Positions 40,901 through 45,686 of a stretch of 45,686 bases of DNA are shown in pieces. The stretch's first letter is position 1; the number at the start of each line of letters is the position of its first letter. The notes beneath the pieces were generated by a model, which was not told where the DNA came from, did not search any database, and was given only the letters and a program-made list of their open reading frames with translations. Position numbers and translations under genes: made by a program. This stretch comes from Streblomastix strix (taxonomy: Eukaryota), in contig SNRW01000012.1 of assembly GCA_008636045.1 (NCBI GenBank), positions 1-45,686 on the forward strand, read 5' to 3'.

Positions 40901-43900
40901 AGTTGCAGTTAAAACAACATGAATTCTTTTTGATAAAGAAAATTAATAATAAGGAAATTCAAGTTTATCTTCTTCAAAGCAATCTCTTTCATAGATCAAT
41001 ATATCATCTCCTAAATTATTATAATCTAAATCTTCATCATCAACATCTAATTAAACATCAACAGAATCTCTATATTCTACATCTTCTTTTTCTTTATCAT
41101 CCTCTACATCAACATCTTATTAATATTTATCATCATCTTCTTCTTCATCCACTTAATCAAAATTCACTTCATTTAAACATGAAAAAGAATAAAATATTAA
41201 ACAAATAAGTTAGATAACTGATAATTAATAATAATACAGTGATTCATATTTATCTTCAGATTTGTCATCAATAATAAATCCAACATTAACATCTGAACAA
41301 TTCTTTGATGAACAAGTCAAATATCATTCAGATAAAAACATCACAAAAGATATAGTTGAATTTAATTAATATTCAAAAATGTATCAATCATCATCATAAC
41401 AATTTGACTAAATTTTAATCATTAAATCAACTCCAATAAAAAGAAATTTAGCAACAGGAACCAAATGGAAAATACCACCTTGGTTTACAAAAGAAGAATG
41501 CGAAAAAATATAAAAATAAAAAATAAAAATTGAAGATTTGATGAAATAATTATTATTAATACCTTCAAGATAGGTAACCATAGATCATTCAGCTGTTGGA
41601 GATAATATTATCATTGTTTCACATAAGAATGTTGTATATGTTCTATTATGGCACCCAGCAATACCAATTATGTTATCATAGAAAAAATAATAAATTAATT
41701 CTACAACTCGATTAGCTCTTTTAGCATATCATGGTTTGGATCCTGATAAATCTCCAGCTGAAGATATTAATAAGATTAAAGATCAATTCAATTTAAATGA
41801 AAAATAATAAATTAAATTATCTATGAATCTTCAAGCTGTTTATACACTTCAATTTTCTTCTAATGTTACTGCACTTGGTGCTGTTAGTATTTGTGGGAAT
41901 TAATATTTTGTTATTTGTACTGCATAACCTTGTAAAGCTAGGATATTCAGATTAAACAGCATTGAGGATGATATTGAGTTCTAGAAAAAGAATTTGAAGT
42001 TATGGGGTATGAATATAGAAATTATTATTTTGAAAATATTAAATATGAAAATCATTACAATTATTGTTTTACTTTTTTTCTTATTTCTTATTAAATTATT
42101 TTCAGATCTTGCTAATACACTTGAATTTAGCTAAAATTAAATGAACATATTCAATATTCTTAAAGAACCTTCATACAATCCGCAAGTCTCTCCTGACGAA
42201 TAATTTATTTAAGTCGATTCTGGAGAAAATAAGTTTTTATTAAATTTTTGCAGCTAATAATTAACAGTAACGCCAATAATTGATATGAAATTGAATAATC
42301 CAGCTTCATCGTGTTTATTGACTACATTAGAGAGGTCAGTCAAAAGATTAGGGCCAGAAGAAGATGTGATGCCAAATGAAGCTCTATTTGGAATGAATCT
42401 GAATGATGAATAAAACTCATAGACAAAACACAGAAAACATTTTAAACCAGACAAATCTTTATAAGATGAATTATTTTCGCAACCGTCAAAATATGGAAAT
42501 TTGGATTCAACTCAGATGGATTAAAGATATAAAGGACACGAAGGAGCATTATTATTAATTGGAGGTTAATATGGAATAGTTGAATATGTTGTTATTCCTT
42601 TAGCAGCATTGATGTTAGATATTCCTCCATCGAGATATAACTCTGCTTTTGATGTATTAAAGATTGGAATGCAATCAAGAGAATAGAAATTAAAACATTC
42701 AATTCACGAGTTATTCTCATTTCCTCCTGAATCTCAATTTATGGATTTAGGAAGATCTCCAGTTTATATTTCTGAAGATAATAGAAGAGTGATAATTAAA
42801 GGCGAAAGAACATATGCTGTTAGATTTGATCCATATTTAGGAAGAAGTGTTTGGCTTTCATTGTTCAATTAAGGTGGAATAAGAAGTATTGTTCCTGTTA
42901 ATGAATATCCGAAGACTAGATTGAAAGAAAATGCAAAAAAGTTATAATATAGAAGAAATAAATTAATGCAAGATAGAGTTAGGATAAAATTTAAGATTGA
43001 GATGAAGAATTTATAAGAACAATTTCAAAATCAAGAAACTTAAGATTCAATCTCAATTATTTCAACTTCTGATTAGTCATCTCCTTCAGATTTTTAAAAA
43101 GATTAATAAGAATTATAATCAAATGATTCAAATTAAGCAAATGTTCCAAATCCAGAAATTGTCTGGATAGGAAATGATAAAGATTCTTTTATTTCATTTG
43201 GAGTAATATCAAAATAATAAAGAATGAATAAACAAGTATAATAACTTCCTTCTGTACCAATTGCAATCACTTATTTGCCTTTTCTGCATGCTCTTGCTGT
43301 TTTATTCAGAGAAGATTTCAACTATTTAAATTATAGTAACAATAACAATTAAGATAATAACGATAAAAATATTATTTCAGACTTAAATTGTGATAACATT
43401 GATTCATTAATTCAGAATAGTGAACTTTCAGATTCTAATAAACATAATAAAATAGTTAATTAATAATAAGAATTATAAATAAGCAAAATCTTGTTTAATG
43501 ATTAAATCACTAATAATATCGATAAGAAGAAGTAATTGCAATGGGTATTCACTGATGTTGTAAATCAACCTTCTAATTTATATCCAAATCATATAATCAT
43601 GGCTAATCAATAAACCTTTAGAAAACTTCTTAAATAATATTAAGAATATTAAAATAAATAAATAAATAAATTTGCCACTAATTCATAAAATGAACATAAT
43701 TCTGATTAACAATTATCTATTTAATAAAATAATAATTATAATATTACAATGTCTATTGAAACAGCTATTGAATAAACTGGTGTTGGATCAGAGGACGTTA
43801 ATCTATTTCCTTATGTTTATGTTGCTTATGATCATTTTGCTGAGAAATATTCTACATTTCATTCAAATTTCAACTCCATAAATAAATTGAATATTGAATA

Positions 43901-45602
43901 AAATGATTTAAATTCATTATCATACGGTTCAAATACAAATTTTATAACATCATTTCCAAGTGCATATTCAAAAGTTGGAATTAATCATTAATTAATAAAT
44001 TAGATTTAAAGTGAGAAAAAGAAGGAAATTAAAAACCCAAATTAGAAATTAATAAAAAAAGAAAGCACTTAACCAAGTCTTTAAAATGTATCACCAATAG
44101 GAGATGAATCTATATCAGAAAGCTCGTCATCTTAATAGTCAAAATATTCAGATGATTATTTCCCAGACAATTCTTAAAAAGATTTCAAATCAATAAATGA
44201 AACTAATTAGAAATAAAATAATTATAATACTAATTTGCATCATCATAAACATCATTTTCATAAACAAAAAACATAAAAGGGTAAATAAAATAACTAATTT
44301 TCAAGTCATAAATATATTATCCTTCTGTACGATGAAGCTGATATGATGCAATGTGTTGGAAGACTATCACTTAACGATTTGACTTTATTAGAAGGAAATA
44401 TATTAAATAATTAATCAAACACTTGCGATAACAATTTTACGAATAAACAACAATAATTTATGAATAATTTTCATGTTAAAATGGAAGATGAAGAGTTTAA
44501 TTAAATGAATCTAAATTAGAATAAAGATTTTCAATCTTCGAAGAATTTCATTTTCCATTCAATGACATGCGTGACAACACCAAAACGTAAAGCTCATATC
44601 ATTTATTAGAATTTTGCTTTAAATGTTTTGAATGGTTGGAGTATATAGACTCTTAAAGATTGCTTTAATCCTGATATCAGCAAACTTGGAAGTAACATGA
44701 GTTCAGTTGAAATGGATGAATAATATGTAAGAACAATTATATGCGTTGCTGGAATAGAAATAAATAAGGAATAATAATAATACGCTGAAATTAATTCATT
44801 AGATTAAAATAAGATTGAAACAGAAAATTATGTATCATCATATCCTCCAATATTCACAGATATTTTCTTATTTGAAGTTATTAGAGATAATCCAGAAAAA
44901 TAAATTAAACATATTGCTTAATTTATTAAAGAAAACGGAAATTTAGATAATAATAATAATAATTAAAAAGAAGATTAAACATAACAATAATTAATAGAGA
45001 AAATATACAAAGAAGATGATTTAATCAGATTTTCAAATACAAATTAAGAAATTGATATTGAACATCTTTCATTTGTTTTATTAAAGAGAATAAGAATATT
45101 AGGAGGAGTTTAAGGATTATATTCAAATACATCTACTTTATTTGTTTTAAATGGGAAAGCTGTGATGTTATTTACAATTTAAGATGGCGATATTTGGAAA
45201 AATAGAAATAATTAAGAAAAAGAAAAAAATAATGATAATGAAAATTTAAAAAATTAAAGTATTGAGGATATTACATAATATGATATTTGTTCGTGCTTTG
45301 TACCATATTTCTAGAAATATAATTAAAATAAAGAGAAAATATCATCTCTTTTACCATATCATTACTCAATCAATGAGATTAGATCGATCAGAAATTTTAC
45401 CTAATAAATAAAATAACCACATAAAAATAATTTAAAATATTATGAAGAACAAAACTTTAAGAAATGTTTTGATCTTTATTAAGCACTTCAAAGATGTTCA
45501 ACCCTTTAAACTACAATGTAGTTTTTTATGGAATTAGCATCTCCTATTACATCAATTTCGTCAATAATTATGATATTGCATTAAAATGATATATTGCAAA
45601 AG
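37935..45602 (+). CDS. DDB1/SF3B3(Rse1)/CPSF1-family beta-propeller protein, >2460 codons, 3'-truncated; two internal TGA
   Basis: TLSQPGEITSAAVGHF...LVLAKQTILSIF; LDCILIIT...VDP; FGVAHGISGTGEIQLVSVG; GFDPYQRMI...FITENEV; KWKIP...IDHSAVGDNIIIV; LLIGGQYGIV; LGRSPVYI. Exons 37935-38084, 38140-38255, 38315-38468, 38535-42006, 42106-45602, then an intron running off the window. Subfamily not assignable by eye. Confidence 0.72.
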
Positions 45603-45686
45603 GTAATTATTATTATATTCCATTATTCATTTTAAATTTTTTACTTTAATATTTCTTTAATTGTTTTAATTTCATATCTTTCTTTT

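Noticed and set aside
11114..40922. Selenocysteine as the meaning of the internal TGAs
   Set aside because: None lies in a redox or Cys-equivalent motif, the host families are not selenoproteins, and I could not see a SECIS element; not formally excluded without a SECIS search.
41999..42125. Additional TGA in the DDB1-like gene after the intron
   Set aside because: It arises only with a donor at 41999; the donor at 42007 gives an open frame (KLW-DLANTLEF).
977..43881. Supplied six-frame ORFs as real proteins
   Set aside because: Computed with TAA/TAG as stops. Most are wrong-frame or antisense shadows of low-complexity exons; only a few (e.g. 8081-8263, 14805-15053, 17437-17700, 18859-19041, 20460-20657, 30772-30990, 32278-32469) are fragments of true frames.
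1..45686. CRISPR arrays, rRNA/tRNA genes, transposase or reverse transcriptase genes, prokaryotic operons
   Set aside because: No repeat-spacer structure, structured RNA signature or mobile-element motif was recognised; the DNA is intron-containing and eukaryotic.

Overview
AT-rich eukaryotic (protist) genomic DNA with short GT-AG spliceosomal introns and a non-standard nuclear code: TAA/TAG read as Gln, shown at invariant Gln positions of Hsp70 and ubiquitin-like domains. The supplied standard-code ORF track is therefore mostly artefact. Code, intron style and an expanded ARM-like family with an 'IG..GG ... EEEG..EE' C-terminus suggest an oxymonad such as Streblomastix (inference). I hand-assembled ten genes: a BiP-like Hsp70 (3' part), a PUF protein, an SQ/TQ-FHA-kinase (Chk2/Rad53-like), a five-Ubl + Cys-domain + RING-H2 protein, a RAB3GAP1-like protein, a DDB1/SF3B3/CPSF1-family protein (5' part) and four ARM-like paralogues, one fused to an RRM. 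Main observation: every gene end in the window is TGA, yet 8 in-frame internal TGA codons sit in 4 otherwise intact, frameshift-free genes, including inside an FHA domain and kinase subdomain II, and gene ends often carry back-up in-frame TGAs. This suggests the last remaining stop codon is also decoded as sense, or is edited. Second observation: all 9 visible start codons sit just downstream of a splice-acceptor-like AG.
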